A DNA stretch of 64,000 nt, taken from NCBI RefSeq assembly GCF_009914755.1, contig NC_060925.1. One strand, written 5' to 3'. Each line of letters starts with the position of its first letter. Within the stretch, counting starts at the first letter, position 1. Below the pieces are notes generated by a model that saw nothing but the letters and a program-made list of their open reading frames with translations, made no database searches and had not been told where the DNA came from. The position numbers and the translations under genes were made by a program. Origin of the DNA: the human T2T-CHM13v2.0 reference genome, Homo sapiens. This document shows, piece by piece, positions 1 to 13,069 of the stretch.

Positions 1-142
1 GAGGAAAAGGAGGGGAAGGAAGAGGAAGGGGAGGAGGGAGAAGTGGGGAGGGAGAAGGAGAAGGAAGGAGGGGGAAGGAGGGAGACGAAGAGGAAGGAGG
101 GGGAGGAGGCAGGGTGAGGACGGAGAGGGAGGAGGGAGGGAT
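1..142 (+). repeat. GA-rich polypurine low-complexity tract (GGA/GGGA/GAAGGA units)
   Basis: The first ~140 nt are almost entirely A/G with many GG-GGGGG runs; the tract runs off the window edge. Confidence 0.9.
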
Positions 143-539
143 GATTCTACCTCAGCTGTGGGACCAGGCTGTAGACCAGACTGCCTGGGGGCTTCTCTGC
201 TTTTACCAAATCTGAGGGTCAGGGGGAGGCCTTTGGGCAAGAACGTCACGCATTTTACATGGCCTTGGCCTCACAGAGCAAAGTGCACACCAAATGGGGA
301 GGTGGGGGAAGGGGTAATAAAAATTAAATTAAAGAAATTTTTTAAAGTTGGAAGAACAAATTATTTGGAGACGAAGCAAAAATATCTGTGACATAGCGAG
401 CACTGTTTTAATGACAGCCCGTGTGGGAGGACAGTTTAGTCATATTTTTCATTTTCTCGTCCCCGGGGAGCTGCATCCCAGTGATCAGGCCCTGATAGCA
501 AACTGGCATGTTCCCTAGATCAGTCACCTTCCAGGCTTA

Positions 540-1200
540 TTCAGCAGCAGGATGAGTCAGGGGGCTGCGGAGTAACCCCTTCTCCATATGCTCAGAATGC
601 GCTAGCGCGCCTGCCGTGGGGAGTGGAGGGGGCCAGGGGGCTGGATGCGGAACAGGCCTCGGGCCCAGTGGGTGGGCAGGAAGCTTCAGCGGAAACGCTG
701 CCAGCTCTTCCCGGGGCCAGCCGGCTGGTGTGTCCTAGCCTCCTGCAAACTCCTGGGGGTAAGAGTATGACGAGTCCTGTATCTGGGGCCACATCAAGTG
801 TGGAAAAGGATTTCTTCGAAGAAAGCTTGATTCACTGCCAGGAGGAAGAAGTTCAGGAAGCAGTTCTGCCATCCCCTCAGGCATGAGCACTTCCAGGACT
901 AAGATAAAAATAATGAGGATAATTTTAAATGACTGCCAGGATGCGAGAGCTGACTGCGGGCAACATGCTCCACGCGCGTTCATTCACTTCTCTTCATAAC
1001 AGCCCCGGGAGGCAGGTGTGACCAGCCCCACGGTGCTGAGGGAAGCAGAGGCTCGGAAGCGGAGGGACCTCCCCGAGAACACGGTGAATACGCGTCAGAG
1101 CAGACCCGGAACCCGGGCCTATTGGCTTTGAGTCTGTCCACGGACGGCATGACGTGGTGGTTGAGCACCTGCTTCTCTTCTGAGTTGGAGGTGGTGAGAA
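540..1200. promoter_or_regulatory. CpG-enriched promoter/enhancer-like patch
   Basis: Local CpG clusters (gcgcgc ~605, cacgcgcg ~972, 1080-1160); AP-1 TGAGTCA 553-559; inverted CCAAT (ATTGG) 1121-1125; TGACGTGG 1150-1157. No TSS can be shown from sequence. Confidence 0.45.
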
Positions 1201-1663
1201 CACAGGAGGGGACTGACCCCCTATTCCTGGCTCTTCACCCAGAAGATCTCAGCTCGCTGTCATTACTATTTTATTTTTAATACCATTTGATTAATACCAC
1301 ATGACATGTTCTCTGGAAATCAGGAGGGAGCAGGTGTGGTTCTTCCTGTTTTACAAGTGGGGACCCTGAAGCCCAGAGAGAGGAGGCAAGTGGACATGGT
1401 GCTGACAGAAACTACGCAGTGCCATCTGGACCCAACAGAACTGGGCTGGAGGCTACCTGTCAGCTGTCTAGTAGAGAGCTCATTATTTGAAATGTCTACC
1501 TGTATCTTCCTCATCTGTAAAATGGGAATGTTGAGATCCACTCAGCGGACAGCAATAGGTTCAAATGAGCAAAAGGAGGTGTGTTTAAAATGCTGTACAA
1601 ACTCTACAGTGTCAGGCCAAGCTGGAAGGTGGCATCCCCTTTATGGGCATCATCATCAAGTCC

Positions 1664-1877
1664 TAGTTAACAGCATGGGCTCTCAGACTGCCTGGGTCCA
1701 AATACTGGCTCCTTCACTTATGAGCTGTGGAACCTTAGACAAGTTACTTAACCTCTCTGTGCCTCAGTTCCACCATCATAAGTACCTTCCCTATGGGTTG
1801 TTACAGGGGTTACACACATACCACATGTGTAAGTGATAGAGTTCTGGCACATAGGAGGGGCTTAGTCACTATTATTA
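1664..1877 (+). mobile_element. MIR SINE
   Basis: MIR core: cagactgcctgggtccaaat...gacaagttacttaacctctctgtgcctcagtt...ctggcacatag. Further MIR fragments lie at ~1340-1600. Confidence 0.85.
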
Positions 1878-2944
1878 TGACCACCATCACTGCCCCACTC
1901 CTGCAAACTGCAAACTCCTTAAGGCAGGCTGGGGTCTGTCTTGTCCGCTGTTGTATTCCCAGGGCTTAGCACACGGGGCAGGCGAGGAGCAGGTGCTCAG
2001 CCCACATGGGGCAAGTTGGGGAACGGACACCAGCCCCCGCCCTCCTACAGCGCTTGCCCTGCCCATGAACTGCAGGACTTTCCTAAGTCCTCATCCACGT
2101 TTAGTGTTTGTAGGATTTCCTGGGGTTGCTGTGACAGTCCAACAGTCCCAGGGCGGCCTGCCTCTCTGCACCCTGGTGGTCCTCACAGCCTAGAGAAGGG
2201 AATCTTCCCCACCCTCTATGGTTTGCCCTCTTTGCAATCTGCTCACCCCAGAAAAATATGGACTCAGCCCTTGGCAGGGCACCTGGACCTCAGTCCCAGA
2301 TGTCTTTCAGACATTGCATCTGGTTTTGTGGCTTCCTCCTTGCCGCCTCCGGAGGTGCTTTTGCCTGTGTGGGGCAGTCAGGCACACAGGCCTCATCTGT
2401 GCGTGCTGGACAGCTCGGTGTGTGGCGCCCTGTGAACGTGCGTGGGGCACAGGAGCGGAGTGTGTCTAGCTGGGTATGTGGGTTTCTGCCTATGTGGGGC
2501 CAGGTAGGGCAGGGCATGCAGGTCTGAGGGCAGTGGACTGAGGCGTTGAAGGCACATGGGCTCACTTGTAAGTCTGGGGTACAGAAAGAAGCTAGATCAT
2601 CCACGTGTGGCTGAGGGGAGCTTGGGTGCAGGTGCAGAAGCTGGCTTGCAGGTTTATGTGTACATATGTCACATGGGGAGAGGGCAGGAGTGAGTCCCCA
2701 CAATCAGCTCTTAAGACAGAAATTCACTTCGTATTTTATTTAGAACCTGAAGAATAGACAAACACAGGCCAGGCATAAAGGAGAAAATACTTTTTATTTC
2801 CAAATATGCCTTAGGCCACCAAATACTTTGGGACACCAGCGGTTTCTTACCTCCAAGTACCACCTTCCTTCCATAAACACGGTCTCTCTCCCTCTCCAGC
2901 CTCATTGGTCCTTGGGCAATTCCTACAAGAGCACCCCACAAAAC

Positions 2945-3105
2945 TGGACTGCTTAGGTTTGCATCTCAGCTTAACATTTTACCTATGACCCTACGCATGG
3001 TCCTTGTCCTCTGGCTTGGTTTCCTCAACTGTAAAACAGGGACCACAACAGTATTCTTCAGGGGGTTGAGGATTAAATAGATCAATCCACCTGGAATGCT
3101 TAGAG
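2945..3105 (+). mobile_element. MIR SINE fragment
   Basis: ggtttcctcaactgtaaaacaggg...gaggattaaatag...tgcttaga. Confidence 0.7.
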
Positions 3106-3199
3106 AGTGAAGGACTCTATTCATTTTAGCTCTTACCTTAGCCTTTCTTTACCATGATTCTACCTCTGGGTGGGAAACAAAAGTGAATTTTAAAATGCC

Positions 3200-3495
3200 C
3201 ATCACCTGCTTTGAGAAGGTCTTCTTGAATCTGCCCACCAGGGTTACCTCCTCCATCTGCTCCCCCATGGCTCAGCACCTGTACCTCCACATGCCTGGCA
3301 CATGTGCAGTACTCAAAAAGACCTTATCATTCTGATCATCGCTTGACATTGACTGCACCAGGTTACAATTGGTGGTGCACGTGGCCATCTCCCTGGGGAG
3401 ACTACAAGCTTCCTGAGGGCCAGAACTGTTCATTTGCCCCTTGGTCCCTGGGGTCTGGCACAAGGAGACTTTCAGTAAGCAATAAGTGAAATGAA
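3200..3495 (+). mobile_element. L2 3' fragment
   Basis: gactacaagcttcctgagggccagaactg...tctggcaca...gaaatgaa resembles the L2 3' end. Confidence 0.6.
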
Positions 3496-4888
3496 AACTC
3501 AAATATAGCAGCCCCATGGGCAGTAAAGTCATGTGTTTACTGTTATTTACTGAGTGTGTGCTTCAACTGTACACAAAGCACAGGCCTTGCCCTCCTGAAG
3601 CTGAGTCCAAGGGAAAGGGCGAAACGGAGACAGAAAGAGGGGAAACAGCAGAGACCACAGAGTGTGGGGTCCAGACAGCTTCCACTGAGGCTAAGAGGGC
3701 AGGGGGCAGAGTTGGGGGTAGAGGACACAGTCCTATGACCACAGCTGCCTCTGGCCCTCAGCTGCAGGACCACAGACCAGCCTAACATGGCAACCCCATT
3801 TCCTCTCCTATTTAGGTACCAAGCATTGCTGGGGCTCAGCACCATCTTACTGTTCTTTTTCCCATCATCAATTATAGTGGCTGTCCCACTAGTGCCAGGA
3901 ACAGGGTGGCATAATCCTATCCCATCCTCCTACTAGCTGTGGCAGGAGTACTCTCTAAATCTCCCAAAGCTAGAGATCTGGGTTCCATCCTTACTCCACA
4001 GTGCTTCTTGCTGAAGATCTGCTCACAGTGCAGCCCCACAGTGACTACAAGGGTCACTATCAAACCTCTGTTCTGTCTCCTCCCTGCTTTCTGGCTCAAT
4101 ACCTAGCTTATCACTGTTCCAGCAGGTGACTCCACAGAGCCCTGATAGTAACACTGATCCCCCAGGGGCTTCTCATGAGGATTCAATAAAACAATGAAGG
4201 TAAAGCACCCAGGTCTAGTTCATGGGAAGCCCTCTGCAAACACCAGTCCCTCTCCCTTCCATCTTTGCTTCTTTTCCTTCTGCTCAATGAGCATCAATTT
4301 GAAAATGGCTTTATGTTCTGCTTCTTGGCCTGAGGCAGGGACCGGGGTCAGGGAGGCAAGGTGGCCCTGGCCTTCTGCCTCTTGCTGTAGGTGATGGAAG
4401 TGATATGTCTGCAGAAAGGCCTCCTAAGATCAAAACCCAATGGCAATTTCTGTGATTTCGCACTCCCTCCACCAGTTACAGGGGGTCTGCCACAGTGAGG
4501 AGACTGGATTTCATTAGTTGTACTCTAGACCACCCCTTAAAAGTCAGACCTGGGAAGTTGTTTTTAATTTCCTTATAGATTGTGTGTGAGCACTCAGGTA
4601 CACATGTGAGTGTGTGGGTGTGTGTCAGCATAGGGCAGTTGCAAAGGAAGACAGGGAACAGAGCTGGACACTCCTAGGTGAGCTGTTTGGCCACCTGGGT
4701 ATATGTGTGTGTGGCACTTAGGTGTGGGTGAGCCCCAGCAACTAAGAAGGAGGAGTGTGATACTCACAAGCAGATTCCTGTACATGCTCCTTATGAGTCC
4801 TCGGGGGAACCACACATCCATGCAATGCCTCCCAGGACTCTCTGCAACATGACCCAGAGCAGGGAATGATCACGGGCACTGATCGGGG

Positions 4889-5011
4889 CATTACAAAGCA
4901 GTGAGGAGGCAGGGGTAGTAGAATCAACTTGGCGCCACACAGGAGTGCAGTGTTAGATACTGTGTCTTGCCTGGGACCTGTAAGCATGGTGCTGGGGGAC
5001 TATCTTAGCCA
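4889..5011 (+). repeat. Left arm of a 123-bp inverted repeat (partner 7332-7454)
   Basis: Ungapped alignment to the reverse complement of 7332-7454 gives 106/123 identity. The ORF track shows the same thing (MAPHRSAVLDTVS on + vs MAPHRSVVLDTVS on -). Confidence 0.95.
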
Positions 5012-5041
5012 TTACATATATACAGACATATGGATATGCAG
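5012..5041 (+). repeat. 30-bp direct copy of 7855-7884 abutting the inverted-repeat arm
   Basis: ttacatatatacagacatatggatatgcag vs ttacatatatacagacatgtggatatacag, 28/30 identical. Confidence 0.85.
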
Positions 5042-5581
5042 GGCTGCTGGGCACCTCACCCTTGCCTTCTCCACATCTCTCCCAAGAGACCCCTGCCCGG
5101 AGGGAGAGACCCTTCTCTCCCTCTGACCCTTCCCACTTCAAGACTCTTTACCTCCCTCTGGAAAGCCCCAGTGATGCTGTATCTGAGACTACGGTGCAGA
5201 AGCATTTCCCCGGACCTGCCTTCCAAACCTCCAGGAGACAGCATTTCAGGTACTAGTGACAAGTGTGCTTACCTGCCAAACATTCATTTGCATAAGGCAC
5301 TGGTTTAGATTCTAAAGGAACCAAACAGCAGCCTCCACCCTGCAAACTAGCCACTAACTTGAGTTTGCAGAGGGGCAGCACTTCCCTGACACTGTGAAAA
5401 CAATTAGATGAATGCAGTGTTGCCACTTAGGAGCTTTGTGACTACCGCAAATTACTGAGATTCCTGGAGTCTATTTCCTCATCTGTAAAATGAGGAAAAT
5501 AAAACTGTGTTTATCTTGTATACTGCCATATGCCCAGTGCCTGGTAAACAGTGAATGCTAAAAAAAAAAAATACTGATTGA

Positions 5582-5972
<391 letters not shown>

Positions 5973-7331
5973 TCACATATTATGAATTGAGTATAAGGTA
6001 GTTATTATTGTTAGCTATTATCCAGGAGCAAAATCTTATCATTCAGTCAGATTGGTTCCCAGAGCTAATATAAAAGCAGGTAATTAAGGATAAATAGTGA
6101 CATGCCCCAAAGAATCTAGCAGCTGCCCCTGGAGTCCAAAGGGTGATGTGTTATATTGCATTCCATTTATTTTAACAAGTTTATATTGAGCCCATCTTAT
6201 GTGCCCAGAATTGGTGAGATCCCATGCAAGCTACAAAAGAATTAAGTCAGGCTACCTTCCTAAAGGAGTTACTTTCTACTTGGAGAGGCAAGATCAACAC
6301 TTATTAGCATAAAAGCTTTCCAGCTGGAGCCAGAGACTCAGCCTGCATTCTAAGGGCCGGGGCAAAACTTTCATTTGTTTCTTCAACAAATATTCATAGT
6401 GCACTGGCTGTGCAGTGGCAGGCCCCTAGCTAGGCACTGGGGACCCGGAGATATATGATGAATTCAATGAGCTGCTCCCAGACTAAAGAATGAGACCTCA
6501 TGAAAATGGGTCAGGACAATAAATGCTGAAGCAGAGCCCAGAGCGCCACCTCTGTAGGCGGTGGGGAGGCTCATTCCCAGTACTTTTGATGAAGAGGCTT
6601 AGGAAGAATGCTTTCTTTTTTTCTGAGAGATGTGGGTCCCAAAGCCCCAGCCTGACCTCTCCTGCCTGGAGGCTGGAGAACCAGGTTGTCCACAGGCACC
6701 TCATTTTGACCCCACCCTGAAAGCATAATCTCTCACCACGGTCCCCACCCCAAGGTTCCCAGGAATCTTGGAGCATCAGCTCTGACCAGAGGGGAACTTA
6801 GAAATCATCTGAATGAAAAGTGGAGCCTCATTTTGCAGCTGAGACTGAGGCCAGGAGAAGTTGAGGACCCCAAACTACTCCATTAGGCAGCAACAAAGCT
6901 GAGTAAGATCCCACGTGCTCAGCGGTTTACTTACTAAAGCACAAAAATGCTTGAGGATTCAGAATCTCCCAGAGCCCCCTCCGGCCTCACTCAGGTGCAG
7001 CAGGTGAATGAAGAGAGGTGTATCCTTGCTCCCAGCACCTGGCCAGTGGGTCCGAGATAGGAACGGGGCTCAAATGACCAGTGAGGGGGCAGCCAATCCC
7101 AAAGTGGGTCCAGGCCTCTGGGGAGCTAATACGTGGGACACTTTGTACTGCAAGTCAGAGAATCCAGTGTGCAGGGATTAAAGGGGTAACGGAGCAGGTG
7201 AGGAGGACGTGACTTAACAACACACCTACATCCAGTGGCAACTGAATGAGCCTGGAGCAACAGACAGCAATTTGGTGGAAGGAAAGGCACCCTGGGACAA
7301 AGGTGAGTGCGGATGAGGGACACAGGGAGTG

Positions 7332-7454
7332 TGGCTAAGAGAGGCCCCCAACACCATGCTCACAGGTCCTGGGTAGGACACAGTGTCTAACACCACACTC
7401 CTATGTGGAGCCAACTTGATTCTACTAGCCCTGCTTCCTCACTTCTTTGTAATG
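7332..7454 (-). repeat. Right arm of the 123-bp inverted repeat (partner 4889-5011)
   Basis: The reverse complement aligns without gaps to 4889-5011 with 17 mismatches. Confidence 0.95.
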
Positions 7455-7496
7455 GGAGGGGTTTGTGAATGCACCTGTCTCATGTGCCCACTGCTC

Positions 7497-7753
7497 GTTA
7501 GTGTTAAAAACTAGTGGTCCACAGGTCTGGGGCCAGGAGATCCTTTGGATTCCAATCTGAACTTTGCCAGCTACTTTCCAGTGTTGTGCCCCTGGGCAAA
7601 TTTAACCTTTCTGATCCTTTGTTTTCTCATCTGCAAAATAGGGATAGCAATATCTACCTTGAGGTTGTTGTGAGGCATAAATGTGATGCACTTGGTGTCA
7701 AGTACCTAATACTGTGCCTGGAATATACTAGGTACTCAGTAAATAATATGATT
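7497..7753 (+). mobile_element. MIR SINE (near full length)
   Basis: ctgggcaaatttaacctttctg...ctcatctgcaaaatagggat...gttgttgtgagg...taggtactcagtaaat. Confidence 0.85.
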
Positions 7754-9504
7754 AGTACCTTCATATATCCCCCTGCCCATTCTGAACACTTGTGAGAGTA
7801 GCAGAGTGCTTTGCTCATAGTAGGTGCTCAATATATATTTTTAAAGATCCGTATTTACATATATACAGACATGTGGATATACAGTCAACATACATGTGTA
7901 AGTGTTTACACACATACATATAGGCTGTAGGAGCTCAAAAACAGATTCTGAAGGCCAGAAGGGATTCTTTCATCCAATATGCTTTGGGGCAGAACCGGGC
8001 TGTCCAGAGAAAGAGGTGGAACTCTTTCTCTCTGACTCCAGTCTGGGACATATACTCAGCCTGGCTCACTGTTCCCTGAGAGTCTGGTGACCATCAGACC
8101 AGAGGGAGCAGAAGGAAAGTACCAGCTTCAGTACCTCGCTGCTTTCTCCAGCCTTCCTTGGTGCCTACTTACTATCTCCAGGCTAAAGTTAGAGCAGGAA
8201 AGGCTGAGCAGGTGGGAGGCGGAGGAAGGTCATGTGACATTCAACACGGATGTAGTGGGGGAGGGAAGATTTTCCAAATGTCCCTGCTAGCATCCAGCCT
8301 AGCCACCTGGAGACAGCACCCACTCAGTATGTCCTGGGCCAACTGTGGCCAAGCCTCCGAAAGCCTCTTCTCTGCTCAGGCTCAGAGTGATGCTGCAGAG
8401 TGAAGCTTTCAGGGGAGAAGCCATTGATTTCTGATCTCTGAATCTGCTCATTAAGCAGCAGGGTGACTTGCATCTACTGCCATATTTGAGCACAATTTGA
8501 ACAATGAGAATTATCTTGCACTGAAGCCCTCACCTGGCATTGGTGACATCTCTGAAAGAATGCCAGGCTGGCTGCATACTCCCCACACTGACTGGCTGGG
8601 AGGGGGCCTGAGGCCAGAGTCAGGTGGTCATCTGCCTTCAGTCACAGTCCCCCAGACCCATGGGCTGCTCCTCCCTGCCTCTCAGCCAGTTCATAGGATG
8701 CTGATTTGCATGAGTCTCTCCATGTCTGTCCTTAGGTCTCTCTTTCATGCCTGTGTTCTGGGAGCTTAGGAGCCTTGGGAGGCCAGAACCTTGATCCTTT
8801 TTCCTGGTCTTTCTTATCTTACAATGTCCAGACTGAGGGAGCTCAGTCCAGGCCACTGGATGGGCCACAGCTTGGGTAGCAGAAGTGAGCGGAAGGACAA
8901 GCAATTACCTGGTGAATTCAGGCAAATAAACAATTTGTTGGCCTTCTGGCTCCCCTGGTGTGCTGAATCCCTTTCATGTCTTTTTGGAGGTTGGTTTTTT
9001 GTTTTTTTTTTTTTGTCCATTAACCTCAATTTCCAGCAACCTGAGAGTTCCCACTGCACCCCTCCCAGATGGTGGAGTCCCGCCAAAGGGACATTACTCT
9101 AGGACCCGGGGCAAAGGCTCAGTTGCCCTGGGCTCTGCCTCTGGTCTAAGGGACTAAGCTGACTGCTAAACAACCCAGAGGACCCCCTATTTTGATGATC
9201 CTGTCACCCTTCCCAGCACCCACTGGGCCAACCTCCCTCCACTGTCCCCAAGGCCTATGGGTGGGGTTGGGGGTTGGTGGGTGGCTGGAGGAACCCTTTA
9301 GGGGCAGCTTTCCTAGCTGCTATAAATCAGCTTAGCTTTGCTGTTCTCTTCCCTCTTGCTTTACTTTTTGCCTGTGTTCTTTTAACCCTCTCTATGGGCA
9401 AAACACAGCCCCACGTGAGTGTGCCTAATTGAGGAATGTTAAGCCTTCCCATGCTGAGCTGGAAGTCAGCCTCTTTCAAAGCTGTCCACTGGGATGTACC
9501 CAGT

Positions 9505-9920
9505 GCAGGAGCTAAATATAGAAAGGGCTCCCTCCTCCCCCAGCCTCCCTCATCCTCTGTGGGCACGGGCACAGGCGAGAATCGATGCTACGCTTGGTGG
9601 CGACGGCAAGCTGCGTGACAGCCGCCCCTGCTTAGAGACCCTTATCTGCACCTGCCGCCGATTGGCTCTGATAGAGCCCTGACATACTGGGGACAGGAAG
9701 TCACCATGGCGACCTCACACAGTGGAGCGGGGAGGGGACAGGGGCTTGACTCTGTGGAGGTAGACTCAGGATGCACTTGGGCCACCACCCTCGGGGGCTC
9801 CCAGCTGGCCAAGCAGGGATCACGTCCCTCTGCCTTGGCCACTCCAGGCCACCTGCAGAGGGGGCAGCCCTGTCAGTGATGGAGGGGGAGACAGGCTGTG
9901 TTATTCACGCCGGAAGTCCA
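9505..9920. promoter_or_regulatory. CpG-containing candidate enhancer/promoter module
   Basis: MEF2 CTAAATATAG 9512-9521; ATTGG 9661-9665; ETS ACAGGAAGT 9693-9701; RFX X-box-like GTCACCATGGCGAC 9700-9713; ETS CCGGAAGT 9910-9917; CpG cluster 9565-9660. Confidence 0.5.
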
Positions 9921-10626
9921 TGGCATTCTCAGAGAGCTCTTCCCCGTACCTCCCCAGAACACTGAGAATGGATGAATCAGTCCCGGCTCATCAGAGCCTT
10001 TCATGCTAAACCAGCCCAAATGACTGATTTAGAAACTGCGTGGTCTTGTTCTTTGAGTGGATTTCTGAGGCACACTCCAGAGCAGGCCCAGGTCTTCATT
10101 ATCTCCATGCACACCCTTTGATTAAGCATCTGTGACCACACAGCACTGTGTGCTGTACCCAAGGAGGCAACAGAACAGGAGACACTGATGGGAGACACGC
10201 ACCCAGAACACCCAGGCAGCAGGGAAATAATAAAAACAATATTGCTGTACCAGCACTCAGCTGATCACCACAGCCCTGTGAGGAACTGCTAGAATTCTAA
10301 CTGAATATGAGAGTAGAGAGGCTCGGTGCTTTCACAAGGATCCCTGGTAAGGGGCAAAGTGGATGCACTCAAGTTTTCCAGCTCTGGTACCGGGTAAGGA
10401 CATCTGGTGTTTACCAAACACTGGACCATGCGTCTGCAGCAACAGAACTCCCTGGGGGACAATCTTAAATGCAGATTTGTGGGTCTCGCTCTGACCTGGA
10501 GATTCTGCTTCCAGAGGTGGAGGCTGGTGTTGATCAGTCTTCAGGTGACTATGGCGTGCAGCCCTTCTGGGAGTCGCGTATAAAACCATCAATGCTTCCT
10601 TCAGGAGCCTTGGTGAGCACATGGTC

Positions 10627-10796
10627 CAGTGAGTCTCAGCCCCAGCAGGGCATCAGAATCACCTGGGCAGTTTAAAGGAACAGTAATGCCTGGGCCCCAC
10701 CCAGGCCCTTTCAAGTAGAATCCTTCATGCTGGGGCCTGGGGACGCCTGACCTTAGAAAGCTCCATGGGAGATTCTAATGTGCAGCTGGAACACTG
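10627..10796. mobile_element. MER5A-type hAT-Charlie MITE (second MER5-like piece at ~10410-10575)
   Basis: gcatcagaatcacctgggcagtttaaa...atgcctgggccccaccc...gattctaatgtgcagc. Confidence 0.75.
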
Positions 10797-12189
10797 GACC
10801 ATGTGCCTGCAGCATTGGCCCCTGTATTTTACAGATGAGGACCCTGCATCTCTGTGAGAGGGAGTGAGTTGGATGAGCTGTCAGCAGTCTCGTAACTACC
10901 TGGGTGGAGAACTAGGAGAACCCAATGTTTTGACTTTCATTTCAAAGCTCTCTCTACTTCTAAGCTCTGTGTCCTGGGGGCTGTGAGCCCCAGAGTAGCC
11001 ACTGGAGTCCCATTCTCAAGGGTGGTGTAGGGTGGGAAGAGTATACTAATTTTCCTTTCCTAGACTCATTAGTTTGGAGAAAGAGCTATCAGGCTGTGAA
11101 AGAAGGTAGAGATAGACACATAGAGCCTGATGCTTTAAAGTGCATGTGGTGTGCAGAGACCCTCAGTCTCTGGGGTCAGCATTTGTGACTATGAACACGC
11201 CCGAACATCTGCACCACCTCCTCTGCCTGGGAAACAGCACAGCGTCTTACCTGGCAACATCCAGCCCATGTTGTAAGGACCCACTGTCCATGTAAAGTTC
11301 CCCACTGTCCAGACCATTCCAGAAGAGGAGCTTCCATCCTTTCTGACCTCCTGCCATTTCGTGTCAGCATCAGTTATTTGGCAGTTGTCATTTACTTGTG
11401 ATATGTGACACCTAGAATCACTATTTATTTTTCTAAATAAAACAAAATGTAACTCTTTTCCTGTCTTATCAAGCCAAATAAGCAACTTGATTTTTAAATT
11501 TTGCCCTAGGCTGGACCTGGTTCTCTCTCAGGACACTGCTTCTTTCACCTTGCTTTTCCTCTCTACCCTGGGCTCAGAGATATCCCCTCGATCCCAACTT
11601 TTGGGGTTGGGGGATCAGGTTGTGCTGATCATTCATTCTTTCCTTATTCCAGATCTCTCTGTGCACAAAGCGTCCACTCCTTAATCCAGTCTGACCACAG
11701 CCATCAAGATGGATCCAAAGAAAACTAGGGAAACAGCTGCCCACTGCTTCCCAAGCTTCCCATGCTCTCCTGACTTCCATACTCCAACATCTCTGAAGCC
11801 TTTCTCATCCCCACACACCACACCTTTCTTCCCTCTAAAGTCTTGCATTCACTGTCCCTGCAGATTAAAACACCCACTCCCCTCTTCTGGCTAACATTTC
11901 CTGTCCTTCAGGATTGGTCCAGAATTTGCTCAGTGGGATGACATCTCTGTCCTCATTTCCCCCCTACTGTCCCCCAATCCTGGGCTCCTGTTCCCTCGTG
12001 TTCAGCCAGCTGTCACAGCACCTGCCACACTTCATGGGGCACAAGTGTGCAATAGAGATTGATGAACTGATCTCCATGAGAGAACAGACTTGTTGCTGGG
12101 GTGTGCTCAGGGAGTCCCAGATGTTGTCTTCAGATGCAGAAGAGTTAAAAGGCAATGTTTTCTTTATGTGTGTACAAAATAACAAAGGG

Positions 12190-12608
12190 GAAGACTCTCA
12201 GACCATATCCTATTGGTATTCACATCTTGTGTGTTGCCCTTGTGTGTGGGCTGGACTTGTTGACTTGCTTCTACCTATTATGGCAGAAATGACATGGCGT
12301 TCATCTTGGTGGCCTCTGTCTCTCAGATCAACTGCCCTTGTATCGGCTGTCAGCTGTCATGACAAGAGGTAGGCCACATGGTGAGGAATGGAGACCAACC
12401 CACAACCATGTGAGTCAAGCCTTTAAGTGACTGCAGCTCTGGCTGACATCCTGACTACAATCACGTGAGGGTTCTTAAGCCAGAGGCACCCAACTAAGCC
12501 ATGTCTGGATTCTTAACCCACAGAAACTGTAAGATGATGAATGTTTGTCATTTTTAGGTAGCTAAGTTTTGGGGGAATTTTGTTATATAGCAATAGATAG
12601 CTGATTAA
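12190..12608 (+). mobile_element. MLT1 (MLT1F-like) ERVL-MaLR solo LTR
   Basis: cagaggcacccaactaagcca...cccacagaaactgtaagat...ctaagttttggggg...tgttatatagcaatagatagct matches the MLT1 3' end. Confidence 0.8.
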
Positions 12609-13069
12609 TATTTGTCCTTTGTATTCCTCCTATGTGCACACATGCTGTGAGCATAGCACCTAATAGGGCTTAGAACAGACCAGTGGACTGGAAAGGAAAG
12701 CTGTCTGGAGACTCTGTGCTAGGAAGCAGAGCCCTGATGAAGACAAGCTCAAATGCCAGCTCTTCTACCAGCTTTTTAACCATTCTAATACTCACTGGAT
12801 TCTGCCTCTCTGCAGTGTCTCCAGAACACACTGCCTGTCTTAGTAGTTCATTGTCTTTCTACTTGAAATTCATTCATTCATTTACTCAATTAATATTTGT
12901 AGAGTGCCTCCTAGGGACCAAGGACTATTCCCCACTGCAGAGGAGCCTGCAGCTCCCAATGCCGACATAACAGCTTTACTTGCGTTGTTCCTCTTCCCTT
13001 GGTTTCCCTGAAAACACTCTGAGGGTTTTAAGAGTCACTCTCCTCCTTTCTCCCCTTGGATAGATCAAG

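Noticed and set aside
623-886. 87-aa acidic ORF in the CpG patch
   Set aside because: GTG start, no recognisable domain and no convincing splice sites; compatible with chance in GC-rich DNA.
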